This document shows positions 50,867 to 63,470 of a stretch of 64,000 bases of DNA, in pieces; position 1 is the first letter of the stretch, and each line of letters starts with the position of its first letter. The stretch comes from Squalus acanthias (taxonomy: Eukaryota). The position numbers and the translations under genes are program-made. The notes beneath the pieces are model-generated. The model was not told the origin of the DNA. It searched no databases and saw only the letters and a program-made list of their open reading frames with translations. The DNA is taken from assembly GCA_030390025.1 (NCBI GenBank), contig CM059431.1:117678001-117742000 (forward strand). Direction: 5' to 3'.

Positions 50867-52907
50867 ACGATAGCAAAATACTGCGGATGCTGGAAATCCG
50901 AAATAACAACAGAAAACGCTGGAAAAACTCAGCAGGCCAGGCAGCATCCGTGGAGAGAGAAAGAGAGTTAACGTTTCAGGTCGATGACCTTTCATCAGAA
51001 CTGGGAAGAGCCGGAAATCAAATAGATTTAAGGCCAGGGTAAAGCTGGGAAAAGGGGGAGGGGATAAAGGAACAAAGGTGGAGATGAAGAGACATTAATA
51101 GACATTAAGAGATATGCAAGGCTAGAGGTGGTGTTAATGTAACAGATTAAGGCTGAATGAAGTGTGAAATCCACTGGCAGAATGAAGGACAGCTGCCAGC
51201 TTCTAGGAGGAAAAAAAAGGTGGGGGGGGACAAATAAAAGGGTGGATAAAATAAAATATAAATGTGATTGGAGCTGAGGTTATGATCTAAAATTGTTGAA
51301 CTCGATATTGAGTCCAGAGGGCTGTAGCGTGCCTAAACGAAAGATGAGGTGCTGTTCCTCGAGCTTACGCTGAGCTTCCGTGGAACAGTGTAATAGGCCA
51401 AGGACGGTGAGGTCAGAGTGGGAGTGAAGCGGTGAATTAAAGTGACAGGCCACCGGGAGCTCGGGGTCCCCCTTACGGACTGAACGGAGGTGTTCCGCAA
51501 AGCGGTCACCCAATCTGCGTTTGGTCTCCCCAATGTAGAGGAGTCCACATCGTGAGCAGCGAATACAGTATACTAAATTGCAGAAAGTACAAGTAAATCG
51601 CTGTTTCACCTGGAAGGGGTGTTTGGGGCCCTGGACAGTGGGAAGAGGGGAGGTATAAGGGCATGTGTTGCATCTCCTGTGCGTGCACGGGAAGGTGCCG
51701 GGCGAAGGGGAAGGGGTGCTGGGGGTGGTAGAGGAGTGTCGCGGAGGGAGCGGTCCCTACGGAATGCTGAAAGGGGAGGTGAGGGGAAGATGTGTTTGGT
51801 GGTGGGATCACGCTGGAGGTGGCGGAAATGGCGGAGGATGATCCGTTGAATGTGGAGGCTGGTGGGGTGAAAGGTGAGGACAAGGGGAACCCTATCGTGG
51901 TTCCGGGAGGGAGGGGCAGGGGTGAGGGCAGATGTGCGGGAGATAGAACGGACACGGTCGAGGGCAGTGTCGACCACGGTAGAGGGGAATCCTCGGTTGA
52001 GGAAAAAGGAAGACATGTCAGAAGCACTGGTATGGAAGGTGGCATCATCAGAGCAGATGCGGCGGAGACGGAGAAACTGGGAGAATGGAATAGAGTCCTT
52101 ACAGGAGGCGGGGTGGGAGGAAGTGTAGTCCAGGTAGCTGTGGGAGTCGGTGGGCTTGTAGTGAATGTTAGTCAATAACCTATCCCCAGAGATGGAGATG
52201 GAGAAGTCGAGGAAGGGAAGGGAAGAGTCGGAGATGGACCATGTGAAGGTGAGGGAAGGGTGGAAATTGGAAGCATAGTGAATGAAATGTTCTAGTTCAG
52301 GGCGAGAGCAGGAGACGGCACCGATACAGTCATCAATGTACCGGAAAAAGAGGTGAGGGAGGGGACCCGAGTAGGACTGGAACAAAGAGTGTTCCACATA
52401 TCCCACGAAAAGGCAGGCATAGCTAGGACCCATGCGGGTACCCATAGCAACACCTTTAATTTGGAGGAAATGGGTAGAGTCAAAGGAGAAGTTGTTCAAT
52501 GTGAGAACAAGTTCAGCCAGGCGGAGGAGGGTGGTGGTGGATGGGGACTGGTTGGGCCTCTGTTCAAGGAAGAAGCGGAGCGCCCTCAGGCCATCCTGGT
52601 GGGGAATGGAGGTGTAGAGGGATTGTACGTCCATAGTGAAGAGGAGACGGTTGGGGCCGGGAAACTGGAAACTGTTAAAATGGCGGAGGGCATCGGAAGA
52701 GTCGCGGATGTAGGTGGGAAGAGACTGGACAAGGGGAGAAAAAATAGTGTCGAGATAGGAAGAGATAAGTTCCGTGGGGCAAGAACAGGCTGAAACGATG
52801 GGTCTACCGGGGCAGTCCTGTTTGTGGATCTTGGGAAGGAGGTAGAAGCGGGCTGTGCGGGGTTGGGGAAACTATGAGGTTGGCGGCCGTGGGGGAAAGA
52901 TCTCCAG
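50867..52907 (-). mobile_element. Penelope-like element (RT + GIY-YIG endonuclease), 5'-truncated
   Basis: MDVQSLYTSIP, KGVAMG, FRYIDD, LPFLD and LVYCIRCSRCGLLYIGET. 13-bp TSD agtaagtgctatt at 50854-50866 and 52908-52920. Confidence 0.95.
50966..51002 (-). ncRNA. Minimal type I hammerhead ribozyme motif in the Penelope terminus
   Basis: Minus strand: AGTT-CTGATGA-A-AGGTC-ATC-GACCT-GAAACGTT-AACT. This gives stem I (AGTT/AACT), an intact core, stem II and a palindromic ACGT stem III. Confidence 0.65.
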
Positions 52908-52965
52908 AGTAAGTGCTATTGATTGGTTCCTGGGAAATAAATATGTTTTTTCTTACCTACTAGAG

Positions 52966-55165
52966 CAACAACAACTTGTATTTATATAGCGCCTTTAACA
53001 TAGTAATAAGTCCCAAGGCGCTTCACAGGAGCGTTATCAAACAAAATTTGACACTGAGCCACATAAGGGGATATTAGGACAGGTAACCAAAAGCTTGGTC
53101 AAAAAGGTAGGTCTTGAGGAGCATCTCAAAGAAGGAGAGAGAAGTAGAGAGGCGGCGAGGTTTAGGGAGGGAGTTCCAGAGCTTAGGGCCTTGGCAGCTG
53201 AAGGTATGGCTGCCAATGGTCGAGCGATTAAAATCGGGGGATGCGCAACAGGCCAGAATGAGGAGCGCAGAGATCTCAGAGGGTTGTAGTGCTGGAGGAG
53301 GTTACAGGGAAAGGGAGGGCCAAGGCCATGGAGGGATTTGAAAATAAAGATGAGAATTTTAAAAACGAGATGTTGTCGGACAAGGAGCCAATGTACGTCA
53401 GCGAGCACAAGGGGAGGGTTTTAACAGCAGATGAGCTGAGGCAAGGGCAAAAACGGACACTGTTACAAAGGTGGATGTAGGTGGGGCTTGGTGATGGAGA
53501 GGATATGGGTTTGGAAGCTCATCTCAGGGTTAATTAGGATCCCAACTTTGGGAATGGTCTGGTTCAGCCTCAGACAGTAGCCAGGGAGAGGAATAGAGTC
53601 GACTGCTAGGGAAAGGAGTTTGTGGCAGGAACCGAAGACAATGGCTTTGGTCTTCCCAATATGTAGTTGGAGGAAATTTCTGCTCATCCAGTACTGGATG
53701 TCAGACAACAAGCATGACAAAATCAGAGGCAGTGAAGGGGTCGAGAGAGATGGTGGTAAGGTAAAGCTTGGTGTCATACCTGACGTTGTGCTTTTGGATG
53801 ACGTCGCTGAGGGATAGCATGTAGATGAGAAATAGGAGGGGGGCCAAGGATAGATCCTTGGGGGACTCCAGAGGTAATGGTGTGGGAACAGGAAGAGAAG
53901 CCATTGCAGGTGATTCTCTGGCTACAACTGGATAGATAGGAATGGAACCAGGCGATGGCTGTCCACCCAGCTAGACAATGAAGGAGAGGCGTTGAAGGCG
54001 GATGTTGTGGTTAACCTTGTCAAAGGCTGCAGAAAGGTTAAGAAGGATGAGGAAAGCTAGTTTACCATGGTCAAAATCACATAGAATGTTATTTGTGATA
54101 TTGATAAGAGCTGTTTTGGTACTGTGGCAGGGAAGGAAACCTGATTGGAGGGGTTCAAGCATGGAGTCGCAGGAAAGATGGGATCGAATTTGGGAGGCAG
54201 CAACACGTTCAAGAATTTTAGAGAGGAAAGGAAGTTTGGAGATGGAAGATAGTTTCCAAGGATGGAGGGGTCAAGGGTGAGTTTTTTGAGGAGAGGGTTG
54301 ATGATGGCTGATTTGAAAGGGAGGGGGACAGTAACTGAGAAGAGGGTACCGTTAACAATATCAGCTAACATGAAAGCCAGAAAGGTAAGTTGGGTGGTCA
54401 ACAGTTTGGTGGGAATAGGGTAGAGGGAGCAGAAGTTGGGTCTCATGGACAAGATGAGCTCAGAGAGGGAATGAGAGGAGATAGGAGAGATACTAGAGAG
54501 AAACTAGTACAGGGCTAGGGTGGGGAGGAACTTTAGGGGAAGTTTGGCCCGGTGGGCTAGGGGAAGGGAGATAAGTGGCAGAGCCAGCTGAATGGATGGT
54601 CTCAATCTTAGTGACAAAGAAGTTCATGAGTTCCTCACACTTGTTGGAGGCGAGGGTGGAGGAGATAGTGGAGAGGGGTTTAAGAAGACGGTTTGAATAG
54701 AAGCTGGGGGTTATCATTTCATTCCAGGATGATTCTGGAATAGTGAGCTATTTTGGCACAGGAGAGCAGGACCTGATAATACTTTATATGGTCCAGCCAG
54801 ATATGGCGATGAGTGGCTAAATCAGTTGTCTACCATAAACGTTCAAGTCTCCATCACTTGGATTTAAGGGAGCAGAGATGAGGGCTGTACCAGAGGGACA
54901 ACCATGGTGGCAGAGAGTAATGGTTTTAATGGGGACAAAGGCATCAAAGGTGGAGGTGAGGGTGTGATTGAGCAGATGCTGATGCAGATGTTGCAGAAAT
55001 ATCATTGTAAATGGAGGGCAAAAGGCTAGACAGTTGGGAATTTGAAAGTGCCATTGTAAGTGACTTAGGGAAAGTTTTTTTCATGGGCGGACACAGAAGG
55101 AGGTGGCGTTGGGAGGGGGAAGGGAGATGTGAGCTGCGAGAGAGACAAGGAAGTGATCAGAGATG
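52966..55165 (-). mobile_element. L2 LINE, 5'-truncated, more decayed than the 40413 copy
   Basis: Colinear with 40413-42247. QSGF..CHSTKTAL, LNLSAAFDKV, VHWLLV, and a (GTT)n tail. Confidence 0.9.
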
Positions 55166-55614
55166 TCCTGCAGATAGATAACTAGATACCATGCTTAATA
55201 CAGCTGCATTTGTTTGCATAAACAATCATTTTTGAATATTCAGTATAAACAAAAAACAATGTAGGTTTAATATCATTTGAAATATATCACAAAATACAAA
55301 GATTCCAATTTTGGGAGGAGTCTCTTCTTTGGAGTGGTGTTCCAACAAGGCAGGATTACTGCCTGACCCTCCCATATCCACCCCAGCCCCAACCCATTTT
55401 CCTGAGCCAGGGCTCATTAAATAGGATTGGCTGTCTCCCGGCAGGATTCGCACCTTCAGGACAGAGCCTGTCAGTGCAACGTAGATGAATGCCAGTAGTA
55501 CTGCACTGGTGACACCCGTGTTGGCAAAATGGAAGATGAGGCTGCCAGTACAAGGTCAATGGGGGCACCTCAGGGTTAGTACCGGTGCTTTCTCGGGCTT
55601 GCCGCCATTTTCAC

Positions 55615-56005
55615 AGAAACCTAGAAAATTACAGCACAGAAGGAGCCCATTCGGCCCGTCGTGCCTGTGCTGGCTCTTTGAAAGAGCAGTCATGCTTCGT
55701 CCCACATCCCTGCTTTTTGTCCATAATCCAGTAAATTCCTCATCATCAAGTACCTGTCCAACTCCCTTTTCAAGTTATTTATGGAATCAGCTTCCATCAC
55801 CTTTTCAGGTAGAGCGTTTCAGATCCCGACAACTCTCTGAGTGAAAAAAAGTTCACCTAATCTCCCCTCTAGACCTTTTGCCAATGATTTTGAATCTATG
55901 ACCTTTAGTTATTGAGAGGGAATCATTTTTCCCTATCTACTCTATCAAAACCTCTCACTTTCTTGAAAACCTCTATTAGGTCACGTATTAACCTTCTCTG
56001 TTCCA
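55615..56005 (-). mobile_element. CR1 3' fragment inside a degraded MITE (other short CR1 tails ~3560-3810, 10465-10710, 29980-30170, 63146-63465)
   Basis: SLEQRRLIRDLIEVFK and the tail motif ccattcggccc. Confidence 0.7.
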
Positions 56006-56294
56006 AGGAGATTTGGTAATAGCACAGCAGAAAGAAGGAAAATCCACTGAGGACCTGTGCCCCACGCCTCTCAATGACCATTTTCCTTTGACGGTCAGGG
56101 AAGAAGCTTACAACACCAATCCTCGCAGGGGTGGGAGAGGGAAATCCCAGTAGGTGTGGTGACATGGCAGTCAGCCTCACTCGACTACCTTCCTGCTATT
56201 TCTGGCATGATCCACCTGATTTTGGGCAGTGATGGAAAATCTCCCCCATTGTGTCCCTCTCTCTCTCCACTCTCTGTCTGTTTCTGCATATGTT

Positions 56295-57232
56295 ATGTTA
56301 GCCTTTGTTGCAAGGGGGTTGGAGTATGAGAGTTTGCTGACGATACAAAGCTAGGTGGGAAAACAAGCTTTGAGGAGGACGCAAAGAGGCTGCAAAGGGA
56401 TATAGGCAGGTTAAGTGAATGGGCAAGAAGGTGGCAGATGGAGTATAATGTGGGGATATGTGAAATTATCCACATTGGTAGGAAGAATAGAAAAGCAGAA
56501 TATTTTTTTAAAGGTTGAGGGACTAGTAAATGTTAGCATTCAGAGAGATTTGGGGTCCTTGTACACAAATCACAGAAAGTTAACATGCAGGTACAGCAAG
56601 CAATTAGGAAAGTAAATGGTATGTTAGCCTTTATTGCAAGGGGGTTGGAGTATAAGAGTAAGGAAGTCTTGCTGCAATTATATAGGGCTTTGGTGGAGTA
56701 CTGTGTACAGTTTTTGTCTCCTTACCTAAGAATCGATATACTTGCCTTAGTGGTTTACTGGATTGATTCCTGGATGAGAGGGTTGTCCTATGAGGAGAGA
56801 TTGAGTAGACTAGGCCTAAATTTTCTATAGTTTAGAAGAATGACAGGCAATCTCATTGAAATGTATAAAATTCTTAGAGGGCTTGACAGGGTAGATGCTG
56901 AGAGGCTGTTTCCCCTGGCTGGAGTGTCTCGAACTAGGGGTCATAGTCTCAGGAGAAGGGGTCGGCCATTTAGGACTGAGATGAGGAGAAATTTCTTCAC
57001 TAAGAGGGCTGTGAATCTTTGGAATTCTCTACCCCAGAGGGCTGTGGGTGCTCAGTTGTTGAGTATATGTAGGACTGAGATCGATAGATTTTTGGGCGCT
57101 AAGGGAATCAAGGGATATGGGGATAGTGCAGGAAAGTGGAGTTGATTTAGAGGTTCAGCCATAATCTTATTGAATGGTGGAGCAGGCTCAAGGGGCTGTA
57201 TGGCCTACTCCTGCTCCTATTACTTATGTTCT
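56295..57232 (+). mobile_element. CR1 3' fragment
   Basis: FADDTKLGG, QVQQAIRKVNGMLAFIARG, NLWNSLP and the tail. Confidence 0.9.
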
Positions 57233-57235
57233 TAT

Positions 57236-58435
57236 AACAACAGAAAATGCTGGAAAAACTCAGCAGGCGAGGCAACTTCCGTGGAGAGAGAAACAGAGTT
57301 AACGTTTCAGGTCGAAACCCTTCGTCGGAACTGAGAGAGCAAGAAATAAACAGATAAAAATGCAAGGGGGAGGCTGGGGGGAGGAATAAAAGAACAAAAG
57401 GGATGGTCTTTAGTGAGTAGAGACATTGAGAGATGCTCAAGGCAAGACGAGATGGTAATGGGACAGGTTGAGAAACAAAAGGTAAGGTGTGAAATGCTGG
57501 CAGAATCAGAGACAGCTGCCGTGGGGGGAGAGAGAGAAAAAAAGGAAAAAGGCACGGACCAAAAGAGTGGATAAAATGTGTACATATGTGCTAGAGGCCG
57601 GGGTTATGATCTGAAATTGTTGAACTCGATATTGAGTCCGGAAGGCTGTAAAGTGCCTAAACGGAAGATGAGGTGCTGTTCCTGGAGCTTACGCTGCGCT
57701 TCCGTGGAACAATGCAAGAGGCCGAGGACGGTGAGGTCTGAGTGAGCGTGGAGGGGTGAATTAAAATGACAAGCGACCGGAAGCTCGGGGTCACCCTTCC
57801 GGACTGAACGGAGGTGTTCCGCAAAGCGGTCACCCAATCTGCGTTTGGTCTCCCCAATGCAGAGGAGACCACATCGTGAGCAGCGAATACAGTATACTAG
57901 ATTGCAAGAAGTACAAGTAAATCGCTGTTTCACCTGGAAGGAGTGTTTGGGGCCCTGGAGAGTGGGAAGGGGGGATGTATAAGGGCAGGTGTTGCATCTC
58001 CTGCGCTTGCACGGGAAGGTGCCGGGTGAAGGGGAAGGGGTGCTGGGGGTGATAGAGGAGTGGACTAGGGTGTCTCGGAGGGAGCGGTCCCTACGGAATG
58101 CTGAAAGGGGAGGTGAGGGGAAGATACGTTTGGTGGTGGGATCACGTTGGAGGTGGTGGAAATGGCGGAGGATGATCCGTTGAATGTAGAGGCTGGTGGG
58201 GTGAAAGGTGAGGACAAGGGGAACTCTATCGTGGTTCCGGGAGGGAGGGGGCGGGGTGAGGGCAGAAGTGCGGGAGATGGAACGGACACGGTCGAGGGCC
58301 GTGTTGACCACGGTAGAGGGGAATCCTTGGTTGAGGAAAAAGGAAGACATGTCGGAAGCACTGGTATGGAAGGTGGCATCGTCGGAGCAGATGCGGCGGA
58401 GACGGAGAAACTGGGAGAAGGGAATAGAGTCCTTA
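57236..58435 (-). mobile_element. Penelope-like element, shorter copy with intact GIY-YIG-containing C-terminal ORF segment
   Basis: ORF 57604-58350 is open over the segment that is frameshifted in the 50867 copy. Hammerhead variant at 57297-57332. Confidence 0.93.
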
Positions 58436-59472
58436 CGTTTACATGAACAATCATTTTTGTAATTCTCAGTCTAAAGATAAAGGGCTGTATTTCCATCATC
58501 TCTGAATCTTTTATATTTTGTAATGTAATCTTCCTCTTCCTTGTTTCTCTCTCTCTCTCTCTGTCTTCTCTTTGTCTTTCCATTTGGCTCTGTCTCTGTC
58601 TGCTTGTGGGGGTAATTAACATTTCTATCACTGGGCAAAAAATGGGTTATCACAAATCGGCAGCTCATTTTTCACTCCGCCCTATATTCTTTTCCATTGA
58701 AGTCTGTCTCTCTCTCTCTGCCCTGTCCTTCCTCGCTCACCTGTACATGAGAGTTTGGAGGGAAAATATGTCTGGTGAAATGAAGAAAATTATTTTTAAT
58801 TGAGAGAAAATATAAGATTGAAATTAGGCAATTGGGATGGAGAGTATTGATTTGGGCTGGTACAGAGAGGGAAATGTATTCTTCAAGGCTACTGTCTCCA
58901 ATCTGTCACAAAAAATCTGCAGTTGAATTCTCCTCCCAAAAAAAGCAACAAATCAGCTTTGAACCCTTTAAAGAACCACACAAGCCAGTGGGGAGATTTG
59001 AACTCTCATCTTTGTGATTATTAGTAACTTTACCACTATGCTACCAAAACCATGCCATACTTAAATAAAGTCAAGAGGGCATGGATAGCACCTTTGATCC
59101 ATTTCCGTCTCAAATACACTCCAAATAAATACTGTCACTATATCAATGGTCGGAAGAGCTGCTGCAAAGTATGCCTGAAGCAGACAACACATTAGGGAGG
59201 CCATTTTGTGCGATTTGCACTTTAAACATGGATTTGTCAATGGGAATACCTTTCTTTTGATGTGATGAAGAGGAGGATGATGAATACACGAAAGAGGTTA
59301 GGTTGGAGGCTCTTTGATTCAGACATCACTAAAGGTATTTCTTTCCTACACATAGACAATCAATCATTAGGGTTTACAGACCAAGAAGGTCTTACTGAGG
59401 CATCCCCAAAGCATGAGGTGGCTGCACACGACGGAGAGGAATTGGAACAGAAGAGCTAGGAAATAATTAAGT

Positions 59473-59858
59473 ACGGTAGCATAGTGGTTATGTCACTGGA
59501 CTAGTAATCCAGAGGTCTGGACTAATTATCCGGGGACATGAGTTCACAATCCCACCACAATAGCTGGGGAATTTAAATTCAGTTAATTCAATAAATCTGG
59601 AATAAAAAGCTGGTATCTGTAATGGTGACCATAAAACTACTGGATTGTTGTAAAAACCCATCTGGTTCGCTAATGTCCTTTAGGGAAGGAAATCTGCTGT
59701 CCTTACCCGGTCTGGCCTATATGTGACTCCAGACCCACAGCAATGTGGTTGACTCTTAACTGCCCTCTGAAATGGTGGTTCACCTTCTCAAGTGCAATTA
59801 GGGACGGGCAATAAATGCCTTGCCAGTGACACCCACATTCCATGAACGAATAAAAAAA
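59473..59858 (+). mobile_element. SINE made of the head and tail of the tRNA-headed LINE
   Basis: 59473-59775 matches 7529-7830. 59775-59858 matches the reverse complement of the LINE tail at 21580-21675. Confidence 0.88.
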
Positions 59859-60138
59859 TATATTATTTTTCTAATGCTTAACCATTCAAAATAACCCTTC
59901 ATTGGTAAGTTTTGTTTATTCTGAAGCATTGCAACTTGGTACAGTTTCCACCACATTTTCTTGCAAACTCTGTTGAACATTTTTGGGCCTCTCCTCTCCG
60001 AAGATCACCACTGTTCTCGCACCACTGAAATATTATTAGATGAAAGACGTTGGCCTTACAACCCTATCTGCACAACAGGATTGTTGCAGAAATTGAACTG
60101 TAGCCACCAGTCAGAGGCTGTCAGTTTTCTGTCTGCTC

Positions 60139-60793
60139 TGTAAGACGTTTACATTTTAACTCCAGTCTAACAGTACTTAGAATTCAAACTCGTATTGGAA
60201 CAGACGACTCAAGACAAAGATTTCAGGGTAACTATTCTTTACTTAAAATCAACAGCGATTACAAGCAAGAACAAACATGCATACGTACTAACACCAGCGA
60301 GTGATCAGTTTGGCGGTGACTAGTAGATTCTCTTCTCTGTGTGACCAATCAAGTCGCCCAACTCACTGCGGCAGCCCCGAGTGTCTTTTGACTGCAATTT
60401 TTATACCCCAAAACTTAGCAGACCTCCCAATGGGTATGTGTCCCAGACCACGTTAACAATGGCCAGTAGTTGTTGTTTTTTTCCTCTTCTCCTTATCTGT
60501 TAGTCAGTGGGCCTCAAGGCCGATTACACCATTGTCTGAAGAAGTTCCTCTTTTGCAACGGCTCAAAGGTTTGTTTTGCTGAACTCTCGAGGCCCACTTC
60601 CTTATCTGTGAACAGCTTGCAACCGCTGCAGTTCTATTTTTACGGAATTTGCCTAGGAACACAGCCCTCAGTCTCTCAAGGCATGCCGGTCCATTAAATT
60701 TGGTCAATTTTGAGTTTAGTCAAGTTAGTCAAGCTCTAAAGCTGAAATCTCCATCCTTTTCATATTTAGTAATGCGGGTTGCAGGTTGGCACA
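60139..60793 (-). mobile_element. Possible solo LTR
   Basis: TGT...ACA ends and a TATA-like motif on the minus strand near 60400. No clear TSD. Confidence 0.25.
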
Positions 60794-60816
60794 GAAATAT
60801 TTCTATTGGTATTAAT

Positions 60817-61558
60817 GGCCCAGAAATTAAAGACGGAGCCTTCCTGCGGGGGTAAGGCTTCCCCGCGATATCTCACTGCGTGCCTGCCTTTTCCTTCCGA
60901 GCTCGCACAAACTTTAGTTTCAAGACTGCAGCTGTGCAGTGTGTGCGTATCCCACAGACGCAGTTAATTCGTGCGAGCTGTGGGATCACGTGATTAAGTT
61001 TGAGCCAATGGCAGCACACCATCTTTCATTCATAGTTTTCACAGCAAGAGCTGTCAAAGCTATGAATCTATACCCCCCCAAAAGAACAGCTAAACATCAA
61101 TTAAATTTAAAAAAAAACATCACATTAATAAAATAAGTATAGTTAAATAAATTAACCACTTTAAACAAAAAATTAAATTTTTGAAAAAGTTTAAAATCTT
61201 TTTAAAAGTTATAAAAATAAACTTACCTTTCTTTAAAGTCTCTAAAAAAGATGTACCTGTTGAAAAAAATTAAAAATAATACTTAATTAACTACTTACCT
61301 TGTTAAAAGAGGGTCTTACGCCTCCTTTCTTTATGTGCAAAATCTTCCATGCTTACCTGCGCGTTCAAAGCACTAAGTGCACTGCGTGCGCGCAGCCTGT
61401 AGCGCGCACGCGGTTCACCTAGGAACCACCCCTTTTTGAAATCACCAAGTGCCGGTTTTCAGTGCAGGCGCAGTGCATGCTGGAAACCGGCAATTGGAGA
61501 CAGAATACGCGAGAGTACACAGTGCGTACTCTCACGTACTGATACTAATTTTTGGGCC
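60817..61558. mobile_element. MITE with A/T-rich core
   Basis: TIRs ggcccagaaatta / taatttttgggcc, with CpG-rich subtermini. Confidence 0.7.
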
Positions 61559-63470
61559 ATTATCTCTAAAGTGACACAAAAAATCAGTTAATTTTGTGTT
61601 GAAACAACATTTTGTGTCAGGACTGCATTTATCCTTACCCTGTTGAATCAACAGAAACCTCACCTATTTAACAAAGCAATTTTTTTTCATGCTTGTGCAT
61701 TTTGTGTTTTGAAAACTTGCTGTAAATTGCATTCTTCAACTGTAGATACACAATGATGTTCATAGGGGATAATTTCCCACCTGGCTTAAATTTTCCTGAG
61801 CTTTCATGCTTAATGCCATGTGAATAACGGTTGTCAAGCAGACTAGGGAATTATTAACACCAGAAAGCATTTTACTGCATAAGATTAACACAATGGGCCG
61901 TAATTTGCGGCCCCTACGAGTGCACCTGCGGGAAGCCTCTGACTGCAAATTCAGGTCCAATGGTCTTTTACATAGTTGGATTAAATCACCAGATTAGCCA
62001 TTCATTATGCAGCTGAATCAACTAACTTAAGTTATACTGCAGATTCTGATTGCAAGATGTTATGCAGCCTCACTATGTAAATATGCATCTGGGTGTTCCC
62101 AGATTTCATTTTAGTGAGGACACAGTCCACTCCGCCTTCTGAAGGAATGTCAATGGCCAACATCTACCTCTTATAACTGACATGTCTCCTCATCTGTCGG
62201 TGCAGAACATTCCATTTGCTTGAGGCACTGGTGGAGGATCTGGCAACATGGGATGGTTTTTTGCACTGCATATTGTGTATGTCCCTCCCCTAGGAAATGG
62301 ACTTACATGTAAATAGAGTAAAGTTGGAAGAAGACAGTAACTTCCTTGTGGAATCGAGGGAAAAATATAATCGTCAATTTTGTACAGCTCCATTCCCAAA
62401 AATTAGTTGCTGGAAACTATGGGGCACTGCAGATAGAACATGCCGACCACTGCGGCCAATTTTCCAGTCCGTATTCATGTTGAAGAACGTTTCAAGCTGG
62501 GAACGCATTCTTGGAAAATTTACACTGTAATTTATTAATGGGGACTACGCATGCATTAGAAATGGGGACAGAGTGTTCCAGATGTCACACTGGTAGACGG
62601 TAATTTAAGGGAATGAAGTAAAACTGTGGAATATGGAACAGACTTCATGTATATGAGAGACTTTAAAAACTGATATCAGTTTGCTGCCTAATGTACCATT
62701 TATTCACTGTTCTATCTAACTACTGTTACTGTGGTGGGAAATTACTTGGAAAGAAAGCATTGTCAGTTTACCAGGCATCGAGGAGGATTCTCCCTCAGGA
62801 ATTAACTTAGCTCACTGATGTGTTTTGACCTTTCATCATTGTGGGCAGTCTTCTTTTGTGAAACCCTTTCGATGCTATTAATGGGATTTCTGCAGCCCTG
62901 CGGTATTTAATGAATTTCTGAAATGTTATTGACTCTTTTCACAATTTTGGTCTATATATGGGATTGTCTCTCTAAATGGAAAAGCATTGTCATTCTTTCA
63001 AAGAATGTGTTTTTGAATTGATGAACTGTTTTACCAAAATAGACAAATTAGTTCAGAAAAATACAGTCACTTCAAGTCCTACTTTGCAACTTTGCTGCCA
63101 GCAGCTTGTGATATCTCTGCCATTTGCGTTTATCAACATTTATTACATAGAATCACATAGAATATACAGCACAGAAACAGCCCATTCGGCCCAATCAGTC
63201 CACGCCAGCGTTTATGCTCCATTCAAGCCTTCTTCCTCAACTAACTATCAGAATAACCCTTTATCCCCTTCGCCCCCATATGCTTATTTAGCTTCCCCTT
63301 AAATGCGTCTCTACTATTCGCCTCAACTATACCAGGTGGTAGCGAGTTCCACATTATCACCACTCTCTAGGCAAAGAAGTTTCTTCTGAATCCTATTTTA
63401 TTTCTTGGTGACTATCTTATATTGATGGCCTCTAGTTTTGCTCTTCCCTGTAAGTGGAAACACACTCCTT

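Noticed and set aside
59262..59459. Acidic peptide-like frames
   Set aside because: Frames are interrupted and there is no coherent splice structure.
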